From contig CAVZYA010000001.1 in NCBI GenBank assembly GCA_963779415.1, positions 1,120,001-1,184,000 of the forward strand: a DNA stretch of 64,000 bases, given 5' to 3'. A program made the translations under genes and the position numbers. Source of the DNA: an uncultured Acidobacteriota bacterium (GTDB taxonomy: Bacteria > Acidobacteriota > Thermoanaerobaculia > UBA5066). Below, in pieces: positions 29,951-40,075 of this stretch (positions are counted from its first letter, which is position 1; each line of letters starts with the position of its first letter). Under the pieces are notes generated by a model. That model was given only the letters and a program-made list of their open reading frames with translations, was not told the origin of the DNA and did not search any database.

Positions 29951-31319
29951 GTCGCACCTCCCCGACGAAGGCCGCGACCTTCGCCTCGTCCTTGATCCCG
30001 GGCGACGACTCGACGCCCGACGCCGTGTCGACGGCGAACGGGTGCGCCGCGAGGATCGCCGCGCGGACGTTTTCGGCGCGAAGCCCTCCCGCGACGACGA
30101 ACGGGCGGCGGACGCCGAGGGCGAGAAGACGCGACCAGTCGAAGACCGTCCCCGTCCCCCCCGGCCGGCCCCCCGCCGCCGCGTCGAAGTGAAGGACGTC
30201 GCCCGGCCAGAGAAGCGCCTCCTCGAGGTCGTCCCGCCCCACGCCGACCGTCTGCCAGAGGGCGGGGCCGAACGGAGGCTCCACCGTCCCGGGAGGATCG
30301 GTCAGCTGGACGGCGTCGGGCCGGACGAAGGAGGCCGCCGCACGGACCTCTTCCGTCGTGTTCCCGCCGAAGACGGCGACCACCCCTTTGCCGCCACGGG
30401 CCGCTTCGGCGAGAGCTCGTCCCCGCTCGAGCGTGAGACGCCTCGGCGAACGTGGCGAGAAGATCAGCCCGATCCAGTCGACGCCGAGGCGGAGGCAGAG
30501 CTCCACGTCCTCCTCGCGGGTCAGGCCGCAGATCTTCACCTCGGTCGTGCCGCGTCCGAGGAGGTAGCGGAGCGCCTTGGCGCCGTCTCCCGACTTCAGG
30601 AGCGTCTCGCCGACGAGAAACGCACCGTACCCGGCCGCCGAGAGCCGCGCGACCTCCGCCGCGGTCCTCACGCCGCTCTCGGCGACGCGGACGACGCCCT
30701 CCGGGATCCCGCGCCCCGCCGCCTCGACCGCGGCGAGGTCGACGGTGAACGTCGCGAGGTCGCGGGCGTTCACGCCGACGATCTCCGGCGCGACCGCGAG
30801 GGCTTCGGGGACCTCGCCCGCCCCGTGCGCCTCGACGAGGACCGCGAGGCCGCGCGCCCGGGCGGCGGCATGGAGGCGCGCGAGATCGGCGGCCGGAAGC
30901 GCCGAGACGATCAGGAGGACCGCATCCGCGCCGAGGGAGAGCGCGACGTCGAGCTGCATCTCGTCGACGACGAAGTCCTTCATCAGGACCGGGAGCCCCG
31001 AGGCCGCCTTCGCCCTCGGGATCCAGGCCGGATCGCCCCCGAAGAAGTCCTGCTCGACGACGACGGAGAGAGCGGCCGCGCCGCCGCGCCGGTAAGCCCG
31101 GGCCGTCGCCTCGATCTTCTGCGAGGCGTCCGGGAGAAGAATCCCGGCGGAGGGGGATCGGTGCTTGATCTCGGCGATCACGGCGGGAGGGCGGCGGACC
31201 GCCTCGAGGAAGCGGCGCCCGTCCGACGGAAGAGCCGGCCGGCCGGTGGCCGTGAACTCCCCCCGGGCGAGGCGCGCGCGCTTGGCCGCGAGGATCTCGG
31301 CGAGAATCGTCTCGCTCAC
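29943..31319 (-). CDS. trpCF: Bifunctional indole-3-glycerol phosphate synthase / phosphoribosylanthranilate isomerase
   Basis: [26 protein letters not shown] then VKICGLT, AGGL, DTASGVE in one frame. Confidence 0.9.
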
Positions 31320-32356
31320 GCCGCCCCCTTCGAGATGGCCACGAGGAGAAGGAGAGCCTCGCGCGCGGCTCCGCCGTCGATCGCCGCGGCGGCCAGGCCG
31401 ACCCCGTCCCGGAATCCGTCGGCGCGCCCGGCGACGACGAGCGCGGCGGCCGCGCTCATCAGGACCGTCTCGCGATGCATCCCGAGGTCGCCGCCGAGGA
31501 TCGCATGGAGGATCGCCACGTTTCGCGCGACGTCGCCCCCCTTCAGACCGTCCAGGTTTCCTTCCTCGAGGCCGAAGTCGGCGGCCGAAAGGTCGAAGAG
31601 GCGGATCCCTCCCGGCGTCACCTCCGCGACACGGGTCCGGCCGATCGGGAGAAGCTCGTCCCCGCCCGCCTCGTTCGAGTAGACGAAAACCCGCTCGGCG
31701 CCGAGGAGGGCGAAGGCCCCCGCCACCACCTCGATCCGCTCGGGCCGGTCGACGCCGACGATCTGCCGCGGGACCCGCGCCGGGTTGCAGAGCGGCCCCG
31801 CGAGGTTGAAGACCGTCCGGATCCCCAGCTCTCGCCGGAGCGGCGCGACCTTCTTCATCGCCTCGTGGTAGATCGGGCGCGAAGAAGAACCCGATCCCCG
31901 CGCGGCGGAGCGCCTCGACGGCCCTCTCCGGCGGCATCTCGATCTCGACACCGAGCCCCGAGAGGACGTCCGCGGAGCCGCAGGTGGAGGAGACCGCCCG
32001 TCCACCGTGTTTGGCCACCGTGACCCCCGCCCCGGCCACGACGAGCGCCGTCGCCGTCGAGATGTTGAAGGTCAGGAGGCCGTCCCCGCCCGTCCCGCAG
32101 ACGTCGACGGCGCTCCGGGCGAGAGCCTCGTCGACGGGCGGACGGCGCGAGCGGTCCCGGAGAACGTCCACGAGCCCCGCGACGTCCTCGGCGGCCTCTC
32201 GCCGCGCGCCGCGAGGGCCGCGACGAACGCCGCCGCGAGGGCCCCCGGCTCGGGCCCGTCGAAGAGATCCTCGAACGCCCCGCGAGACTCCTCGCGCGAG
32301 AGGTGACCGCCGCGCGTCACGGCACGGAGCGCCTCCCGAAGCCTCTCGCCGCTCAC
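31316..32356 (-). CDS. trpD: Anthranilate phosphoribosyltransferase; frameshifts ~32200 and ~31870
   Basis: [36 protein letters not shown] spread over three frames. Confidence 0.9.
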
Positions 32357-32920
32357 GCGACCCCCCGCTCCACGAAGTTCCGGAGAAGCCTCTCTCCATC
32401 CGGCGTCAGGATCGACTCCGGGTGGAACTGGACGCCGGCGAGGGGACGGCTCCGGTGGACGAGCCCCATGACGAGGCCGTCCGCCTCGGCCGTGAGGACG
32501 AGGTCGGGCGGAACGGAGGAGCGCTCGACGACGAGCGAGTGGTACCGCGTCGCCGTGAAGGGGTTCGGGAGGCCGCGAGAAGATCCCGGTGCCGGAGTGC
32601 GCGATCTCCGATGTCTTGCCGTGCATCAGGACGGGGGCGCGGACGACCCGGCCGCCGAAGACGAGGCCGAGGGCCTGATGGCCGAGGCAGACGCCGAGGA
32701 GCGGGATCCGGTCGTTCCTCTCGATCAGCGCGCAGGAGACGCCGGCGTCCTCCGGCCGGCCCGGGCCCGGCGAAATGACGATCCGGTCGGGGCGCATCGC
32801 GAGGAGGGCGTCGGCCGAGGCCGTGTCGTTCCTGAGGACGCGGACGTCGCCGTCCACCCGCGCGAGGAACTGCACGAGGTTGAACGTGAACGAGTCGTAG
32901 TTGTCGATGACGAGGATCAT
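32353..32920 (-). CDS. trpG: Anthranilate synthase component II (glutamine amidotransferase); frameshift ~32580
   Basis: [30 protein letters not shown]; RYHSL and VQFHPES in next frame. Confidence 0.92.
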
Positions 32921-34318
32921 CCGCCGAAGGCTCCGTACTCCGCCGCGGCGTCCACGGCGCGCATCAGCGCCCGCGCCTTGTTCTCGCACTCGTCCGCCTC
33001 GGCGGCGGGGACCGAGTCGGCCACGATGCCGGCCCCGGCCTGGATGTGGAGGACGCCGTTCACGACGACCGCCGTCCGGATGGCGATCGCCACGTCGAGG
33101 TTCCCGGCGAAATCGACGTACCCGACGGCCCCGCCGTAGGGGCCGCGCCGGACCGGCTCGAGCGCCTCGATGATCTCCATCGCCCGGATCTTCGGCGCGC
33201 CCGACAGGGTCCCCGCCGGGAACGTCGCCGCGAGGGCGTCCACGGCGTCCCGTCCCGGCGCGAGCGACCCGACGACGCGGGAGGCAAGGTGCATGACGTG
33301 CGAGTAGCGCTCGACGGAGAAGAACTCCTTCACCGTGACGCTCCCCGGGACGGCGACCCGCCCCACGTCGTTGCGGCCTAGGTCGACGAGCATGACGTGC
33401 TCGGCGCGCTCCTTCTCGTCCGCGAGAAGCTCGCGCTCCAGGGCGAGATCTTCCTCGCGCGTGGCGCCGCGCGGGCGCGTTCCCGCGAGCGGGATCGTCT
33501 CCACCTCGGCCGGGCCTTCCCGCCGCCGGACGCGGACGAGCCTCTCCGGGGAGGCTCCGAAGATCGTCCCGTGCGGCGTCCGGAGAAAATACTGGTAGGG
33601 CGACGGGCTGATCCGGCGGAGCGCGCGGTAGAGAGCGAACGGGTCGCCGGTAAACGGCGCCGACCAGCGCCGCGAGAGGACGACCTGGAAGATGTCGCCC
33701 GCCCGGATGTGCTCTTTCGCCTCCTCGACCGCCGCCATGTAGTCGGCGCGCGGAAGGCTCTCGGTCCACGCCATCTCGGGCCCCGCGCGGCGTGAAGAGA
33801 CCGCCGGTGCCTCTGAGAGAAGGGAATCAGCGAGTTGGCCCAGACGCTCCCGCGACTCGGCCTGGCTCGGCGGGTGGAACTCGCGCAAGGAAGAGCAGCC
33901 GGTGCTTGACGTGGTCGAAGGCGATGACGTCGTCGAAGAGTCCGAACCATCCGTCCGGAAGGCCGACGGGATCGGGGTTCTTCGAGGGGAGCCGCTCCAG
34001 CCGCCGGACGGCGTCGTAGCCGAGATAGCCGACGGCGCCTCCCGTGAAAGGGGGGTCGTCCTCTCCCCGCGGGAGCGGCTCGTGCGGAACCGTCTTGAGC
34101 GCGGCGAAGGGATCCCCTCCCGCCGCCGGGAGCGACGCCGACGGCGCCGTTCCGAGGAACGACCAGCGTCCCAGCCGCTCGCCCCCTTCGACCGACTCGA
34201 GAAGAAAGCAGGGCTCCGCTCGTGAGAGGAGCGCGCGCATCACGGCCACGGGCGTCGTCATGTCGGCCGGCCGCTCCACCGAGACGAGGAGCCGCGAGGC
34301 GGCCGCCGCGGGCGTCAC
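32917..34318 (-). CDS. trpE: Anthranilate synthase component I; frameshift ~33885
   Basis: [18 protein letters not shown]; [31 protein letters not shown]. Confidence 0.93.
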
Positions 34319-35745
34319 GCCGGCCTCTGCTCGCCCCGGCGCTCGCGGAGCTTCCGCTCGACGTCGGAGGGCGAGAGGCCGCGCGCGGTCAGGAGCACCG
34401 CGAGATGGTAGAGGAGGTCCGCCGCCTCTCCCGCGAGGGCGCCGTCGTCCTCGACGAGGGCGGCGAGCGCCGTTTCGACCCCCTCCTCGCCGACCTTCTT
34501 CGCGATCCTCGCGATCCCCGCGTCGAGGAGATGGTTCGTGTACGAGCCGGCGACCGGATTCTTCTGCCGGTCCGCCACGATGGAGAAGAGCGGCCCGAGG
34601 TCGAGCGCGGGTGCGGCCGCCGCGGCGTCGAGCGTCCGGGCGACGCGGAAGCACGAGCGGCTCCCCGTGTGACAGGCCGGCCCCTCGGGAACGACGTCGT
34701 AGACGACGGCGTCGCCGTCGCAGTCGACCGAGATCGAGGCGACCCGCTGGACGTTCCCCGACGTCTCCCCCTTCTTCCAGAGCTTCTTGCGCGAACGGCT
34801 GAAGAAATGCGAGAAGCCGGTCGTCCGCGTCAGCTCCAGCGCTTCCTCGCTGGCCCAGGCGAGCGTCAGCACCTCTCCGTTCCGGACGTCCCGGACCACG
34901 ACGGGGACGAGCCCGGCCTCGTCGAACGTGACGGGAAGCGGGCCCGCCGCCTCCGGGGCCGGCGCCACGCCGCCGAGACGGACGGGGATCCCCGCCGAGG
35001 AGAGGGCCTGCTTCACCTCGCCGATCGTGAAGACGCGCTCGTGGAAGACCCCCGCGGCGAGGACCGCGTCGGCCCCCCCGTCGCGAACCGCCGCCACGAA
35101 GTGCGCGAGCTTTCCGGCGCCGCCGGAGGCGACGATCGGCACGTCGGCCGCGCTCCGGACGGCGCGCAGCATCTCGACGTCGAATCCTTCCCGTGTCCCG
35201 TCCGCGTCGACGGAGGTGAGGAGGATCTCCCCCGCCCCGAGCGACGCCGCCTCGGCCGCCCACTCGACGACGCCGCGCCCCGTGATCCGCCGGCCGCCGT
35301 GCGTCGTGACGACGAGCCGCACGGCGCCCCCGTCACCGCGGACTCTCTTGCCGTCGAGCGCGAGGACGACGCACTGCGCCCCGAACTGCTCCGAGAGGCG
35401 CCGGATCAGCTCCGGCTCGGCGGCGGCCGCCGTGTTGACCGTCACGCGGTCGGCTCCCGCCTTCAGGAGCGAGTCGGCGTCCTCGACCGACCGGACCCCG
35501 CCTCCGACCGTGAAGGGGATCGAGAGGACCTCGGCCACGCGGGAGACGAGCGAGACGAGCGTCCCGCGGTTCTCGTGCGCCGCGGCGATGTCCAGGAACG
35601 TCAGCTCGTCGGCCCCTTCGGCCTCGTACCGCACCGCCGCCTCGACGGGGTCTCCCTCGTCGCGGAAGTCGACGAACCGCGTCCCTTTGACGACCCGCCC
35701 CGCCGCCACGTCGAGACAGGGGATCACCCGGACCGCCAGCGTCAT
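34315..35745 (-). CDS. hisF: Fused HisF (IGP synthase cyclase) - HisI - HisE
   Basis: [18 protein letters not shown]; then [26 protein letters not shown]; [18 protein letters not shown], all in one ORF. Confidence 0.9.
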   Translation of the reverse strand: MTLAVRVIPCLDVAAGRVVKGTRFVDFRDEGDPVEAAVRYEAEGADELTFLDIAAAHENRGTLVSLVSRVAEVLSIPFTVGGGVRSVEDADSLLKAGADRVTVNTAAAAEPELIRRLSEQFGAQCVVLALDGKRVRGDGGAVRLVVTTHGGRRITGRGVVEWAAEAASLGAGEILLTSVDADGTREGFDVEMLRAVRSAADVPIVASGGAGKLAHFVAAVRDGGADAVLAAGVFHERVFTIGEVKQALSSAGIPVRLGGVAPAPEAAGPLPVTFDEAGLVPVVVRDVRNGEVLTLAWASEEALELTRTTGFSHFFSRSRKKLWKKGETSGNVQRVASISVDCDGDAVVYDVVPEGPACHTGSRSCFRVARTLDAAAAAPALDLGPLFSIVADRQKNPVAGSYTNHLLDAGIARIAKKVGEEGVETALAALVEDDGALAGEAADLLYHLAVLLTARGLSPSDVERKLRERRGEQRPA

Positions 35746-36503
35746 CGCGTCCTCCCTTCCGCGGCGAGAGCGGCCGAGAGCCGCGTCACGCTCGTCGCCC
35801 CGAGGTGCAGGGCCCTGCCGAAGATCGCCCCTCGCGCGCCTCCGGCAAGGGCCGCGTCCACCGGAGAGAGGTCTTCCTCGCCGCGCATCCCGCCCGAGGC
35901 GAGGATCTCTCCGGGAAAGACCGCGCGGACCGAGGCGAGAAGCTCGAGGTTCGGCCCCTCCATCGCCCCGTCGCGTGCCACGTCGGTGACGAGGAGCGCC
36001 GTGACGCCCAGAGAAGAAAGCTCCTTCGCGACGGATACCGCATTTCCCGCACCGGCGTCCCGAGTCCAGCCGGAGGTCGTGGGCCGGCCGTCCTTGCAGT
36101 CCAGCGCCACGACGAATCGGGCGGAAGAAAATCTTCTTAGAAGGGTAAGAAAGACCGTCCGGTCGAGAAACGGCAGGCTGCCGAGAACGACCCGGTCGCC
36201 CCTCTTCCTTTCAAAGAAATCCTCGACGGCCTTTTCCGTGCGCAGTCCTCCCCCGACTTGAACCGGAATTCCCGCTCTTTCGACAATCTTGAGGATCACC
36301 GTCCGGTTCTCCCCCCGGCCGAAGGCCGCGTCGAGGTCCACGACGTGGATCCCGTCGGCCCCTTCGCTCTCGAAACGCCGGGCCGCCTCCACCGGGTCGA
36401 CATCGTAGACCGTCGTCTTCTCGAGGTCGCCCCGGAGCAGACGGACGACGCGCCCCTCCTTCAGGTCGAGGGACGGCCAGAGCGCGAGGCGGTCCGCGCT
36501 CAC
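35742..36503 (-). CDS. hisA: ProFAR isomerase
   Basis: [37 protein letters not shown]. Confidence 0.93.
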   Translation of the reverse strand: MSADRLALWPSLDLKEGRVVRLLRGDLEKTTVYDVDPVEAARRFESEGADGIHVVDLDAAFGRGENRTVILKIVERAGIPVQVGGGLRTEKAVEDFFERKRGDRVVLGSLPFLDRTVFLTLLRRFSSARFVVALDCKDGRPTTSGWTRDAGAGNAVSVAKELSSLGVTALLVTDVARDGAMEGPNLELLASVRAVFPGEILASGGMRGEEDLSPVDAALAGGARGAIFGRALHLGATSVTRLSAALAAEGRTR

Positions 36504-37117
36504 ACGGGCTCCGGAGCGAGGAAGTTCCGGAGGAGCTTCCGCCCCGCGTCGGAAGACTTCTCGGGATGGAACTGGCACCCCCAGACGTTCCCGCATTGGA
36601 TGGCGGCCGGGAAGGAACCGCCGTACTCGCACGTCGCGGCGACGTCCTCGGGGTCGACCCCCTCCGGGCGGTACGAGTGGACGAAGTAGACGTACGTTCC
36701 GGACGGGACGCCGGAGAGGAGCCCGCCCTCCCTCGCGACGTCGAGCGCGTTCCAGCCGACGTGCGGTATCCGGACGCCTCCGCCGAAAGGAACGATCCGC
36801 CCTCGCACGACGCCGAGGCCGGGTGTCTTTCCGTGCTCCTCGCTCTCGTCGAAGAGGAGCTGGAAGCCGAGGCAGAGTCCGAGGAGGCGCGAGCCGTTCC
36901 GGACGGCTTCGAGGAGCGCCGAGTCGAGGCCGGTCTCCTCGAGCCGTTTGCGGGCCGGGCCGAACGCGCCGACGCCGGGAAGGACGATCCGGCCCGCGGA
37001 CGCGACGTGCGCCGGATCCGCCGTCAGGAGCACCTCCGCCCCGAGGCGCCGGAAGGCGCGCGTCACGGAGGCGATGTTTCCCACGCCGTAGTCGACGAGC
37101 GTCACGGAGTCCGTCAT
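36500..37117 (-). CDS. hisH: Imidazole glycerol phosphate synthase glutaminase subunit
   Basis: DYGVGN, LPGVGAF, GLCLGFQ, YFVHSY, QFHPEKS. Confidence 0.95.
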   Translation of the reverse strand: MTDSVTLVDYGVGNIASVTRAFRRLGAEVLLTADPAHVASAGRIVLPGVGAFGPARKRLEETGLDSALLEAVRNGSRLLGLCLGFQLLFDESEEHGKTPGLGVVRGRIVPFGGGVRIPHVGWNALDVAREGGLLSGVPSGTYVYFVHSYRPEGVDPEDVAATCEYGGSFPAAIQCGNVWGCQFHPEKSSDAGRKLLRNFLAPEPV

Positions 37118-37710
37118 GCCGTCAGCGTCCCTTTCGTCGAGAGGATCCCGGTCCCCGTCCGCTCCGCGGCGATCCGGAGGGCCCGCGCCGCCGACTTGAA
37201 GACCGCCTCGGCCGCGTGGTGGCCGTTTCTTGCCCGGATCACGTCGACGTGCAGGTTCAGCTTTCCGCGAAAGGCCGCGGACTTCCAGAACTCCTCGACG
37301 AGGGCGAAGGGGAACTCCTTCGTCACGAGGAGGAGCTCCTTGTCGACCGGCGACTCGAAGACGAGGAACGGGCGCCCGGAGAGGTCGACGACGGATCGCG
37401 CGAGCGCCTCGTCGAGAGGGACCGTGCACTCGCCGAACCGCTCGATCCCCGCCCGGTCGCCGAGGGCCGTCGCGAGCGCGTCCCCGAACGCGAGCCCCAC
37501 GTCCTCGACGGTGTGGTGCGCGTCGACGTGCGTGTCGCCCGTCGCGCGGACGAAAAGGTCGAATCGTCCGTGCTTCGCGACCGCCTCCAGCATGTGCGAG
37601 AGAAACCCGACGGGCGTCTCGACGTCCGCCTTTCCCGTCCCGTCGAGCTCGAGCTCGAGCGTGACCGACGTCTCCTTCGTCGTCCGCGAGACCTTTCCGA
37701 CCCGGCTCAT
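37114..37710 (-). CDS. hisB: Imidazoleglycerol-phosphate dehydratase (monofunctional)
   Basis: RTTKET, HML, DAHHTVED, NGHHAAEAVFK. Confidence 0.96.
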   Translation of the reverse strand: MSRVGKVSRTTKETSVTLELELDGTGKADVETPVGFLSHMLEAVAKHGRFDLFVRATGDTHVDAHHTVEDVGLAFGDALATALGDRAGIERFGECTVPLDEALARSVVDLSGRPFLVFESPVDKELLLVTKEFPFALVEEFWKSAAFRGKLNLHVDVIRARNGHHAAEAVFKSAARALRIAAERTGTGILSTKGTLTA

Positions 37711-38792
37711 CGCTCCTCCTTCCTCCGGACGATCTCCCGGAGCTCCGCGAGGAAGAGGTCATTCTCCTCGCGCCGCCCGACCGTGACGCGGAGCCTTCCC
37801 GGCGCGGACGGTCCGAGGTCGCGGACGAGGATCCCCCGCCCGAGAAGCTCCTTCCCCACCCGCTCCGCCTCGCCTCCCGGCGGCTCGACGAAGAGAAAGT
37901 TCCCCGCGGCGGGCGCCACCTTCGCGCCCATCCGCGAAAGCTCGCCGGCGACCCGGTCCCGCTCCCGGACGATCTCGGCGACGCGCGCACGCGCCGGCGC
38001 CGGATTCTCGAGAAGGGCGACGGCCAGCTCCTCCGCCGCCTGGTCGACGCTGAACGGGAGGACCGCCTTTCCGACTTCCCGGGCGAGGTCGGGACGGGCG
38101 ACGGCGTACCCGATCCGGAAGCCGGCGGCCGAGAAGGCCTTCGAGAAGGTCCGGAAGACGACGACGTTCTTCCCTTCGTCGACGAGCGGAAGAGCGCTCG
38201 CCTCCGCGGGGGCGAAATCGACGTACGCCTGGTCGACGAGAGCGACCGGAAAGGCGTCTGCGAGCTTTCGTAGGAACGGGAGTCCGGCCGCCGTCCCGGT
38301 CGGGTTGTTCGGCGAGCAGATCAGCGGGACCGTCCGCGGCGGCTCTCCGGCCGTTCGGAGGATCGCGGCCTCGTCGAACGCGAACTCGTCCCCCACGAGC
38401 GGGACCGTGACGACGTCGGCCTGCGCGATGGCGGCGAGCTGCGGGTAGAGCGAGAAGGTCGGCGGAGTCAGGAGGAGCCGCCCTCCCCCGGCGAAGACGT
38501 TGATCGCGGCGAGGACGATCTCGCCCGATCCGTTCCCGACGACGATCTCCTCCGGGCTTCGCCCGAGCAGGGCCGCGATCGCGCTCCGGAGCCTCCCCGA
38601 CCCGAACTCCGGATAGAGCGCCCAGCGCCGCCCCTTGAGCCGCGCGAGGACCTTCTCCTTCACCTCGTCCGGGACGTCGAAGGGCGATTCGTTGAAGTCC
38701 AGCTTCGCGCGGACCGGCACGGGAAGATCGGAGACGAGCGCGTAAGACTTCAGCGCCGCGATGCCGGGACGGGCCGGAGTTCCCGCCGTCAC
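37707..38792 (-). CDS. hisC: Histidinol-phosphate aminotransferase
   Basis: KLDFNESP, GNGSGE, CSPNNPTG, RTFSKA..AGFRIGY. Confidence 0.93.
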   Translation of the reverse strand: MTAGTPARPGIAALKSYALVSDLPVPVRAKLDFNESPFDVPDEVKEKVLARLKGRRWALYPEFGSGRLRSAIAALLGRSPEEIVVGNGSGEIVLAAINVFAGGGRLLLTPPTFSLYPQLAAIAQADVVTVPLVGDEFAFDEAAILRTAGEPPRTVPLICSPNNPTGTAAGLPFLRKLADAFPVALVDQAYVDFAPAEASALPLVDEGKNVVVFRTFSKAFSAAGFRIGYAVARPDLAREVGKAVLPFSVDQAAEELAVALLENPAPARARVAEIVRERDRVAGELSRMGAKVAPAAGNFLFVEPPGGEAERVGKELLGRGILVRDLGPSAPGRLRVTVGRREENDLFLAELREIVRRKEER

Positions 38793-40075
38793 GAGAGCCT
38801 CCGCCCCGCGGAACGTTCGTGCGCGACGAGCCCCTCGAACCGGGCCAGCGTGGCCGCCGCCGGGCCGAGCCGACGCGCCGCGCCCGGCGGGACCTCGACG
38901 CTCCGCCCCCATCGGAAGAAGTCGCGGACCGAGAGCCCCGAGAAGCTCCGCCCCGCGCCTCCCGTCGGGAGAACGTGGTTCGGGCCCGCCACGTAGTCAC
39001 CGAACGCCGTCGGCGTCGAAGAGCCGACGAAGAGCGCTCCGGCCGTGGGAAGCAGCGCGCGGGCGAGCTTCTCCGCCGGCTTTCCCATCACCTGAACGTG
39101 CTCGGCGGCGACGTCGACGCCCGCGGAGACGGCCTCTCCGAGTCCGGAGAAGACGACGATGCGTCCTCTCTTCCGGAGGGACGCCCGGATGACGGAGCGG
39201 ACGGATCCCGCTTCGAAGGCTCCGACCTGCGTGACGACTTCCCGCGCGACCGCCTTCGCGAGCCTCTCCGAGTCCGTGAAGAGGAGCCCGATCGCGTCCG
39301 GGTCGTGCTCGGCCTGCGCGAGGAGGTCCGCGGCCACGAGGTCGGCGCGGGCGTCTCCGGAGGCGACGACGAGGACTTCGGACGGGCCGGCGGGAAGATC
39401 CACCGACACAAGCCCCGAGACGAGGTGCTTGGCCGCCGCGACCCACCGGCTGCCGGGGCCGACGATCTTCGCGCAGCCGGCCACCGAGACGAGCCCCGCG
39501 ATCCCGTGGGCGCCCCCCGCGAGGAGCACCTCGCGGATTCCGAGCTCTCGAAGCGCCCACCGGAGCTCCGCGCTCCCGAGGTAGGCGCGCGGCGGCGTCG
39601 CGACGACGATTCTCTGGACGCCCGCCACCTGTGCGGGGACGACCCCCATCAGGAGCGACGAGGGATAGAAGGCGCGCCCGCCGGGGACGTAGACCCCGAC
39701 CGAGTCGAGAGGGAAGGGCTTCTCGACGAACCGGACGCCGAGCGCGTCCCGGAAGGAGAACCCCCGCGGAATCTGGCGCCGGTGGTACGTCTCGATCCGT
39801 CGCCGCGCCAGCCGGAAGGCGCGGACGAATGAGCGGTCGACCGCCAGGGACGGACCGAGAGAGGGATCGACGAGGATCTTCTTAGAAGGAAGAGAGACCC
39901 CATCGAATCTATGGACGAACTTCGCGAGAGCCCCTCTTCCCCTTCTAAGAATCTCTTCAACTATCGGTAGGACTTCGCGCAGCGTTCGAAAATCGACTTC
40001 GCCGCGCCGTCCCGCAAGAAGCCGTTCCAGCTCTTTTCTTCCCTTCACGGTTCTTGCGTCGACGATCTTCAGCAT
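38789..40075 (-). CDS. hisD: Histidinol dehydrogenase
   Basis: GVYVPGG, AGPSEV, DLLAQAEHD, GDYVAGPNHVLPT. Confidence 0.95.
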   Translation of the reverse strand: MLKIVDARTVKGRKELERLLAGRRGEVDFRTLREVLPIVEEILRRGRGALAKFVHRFDGVSLPSKKILVDPSLGPSLAVDRSFVRAFRLARRRIETYHRRQIPRGFSFRDALGVRFVEKPFPLDSVGVYVPGGRAFYPSSLLMGVVPAQVAGVQRIVVATPPRAYLGSAELRWALRELGIREVLLAGGAHGIAGLVSVAGCAKIVGPGSRWVAAAKHLVSGLVSVDLPAGPSEVLVVASGDARADLVAADLLAQAEHDPDAIGLLFTDSERLAKAVAREVVTQVGAFEAGSVRSVIRASLRKRGRIVVFSGLGEAVSAGVDVAAEHVQVMGKPAEKLARALLPTAGALFVGSSTPTAFGDYVAGPNHVLPTGGAGRSFSGLSVRDFFRWGRSVEVPPGAARRLGPAAATLARFEGLVAHERSAGRRLS

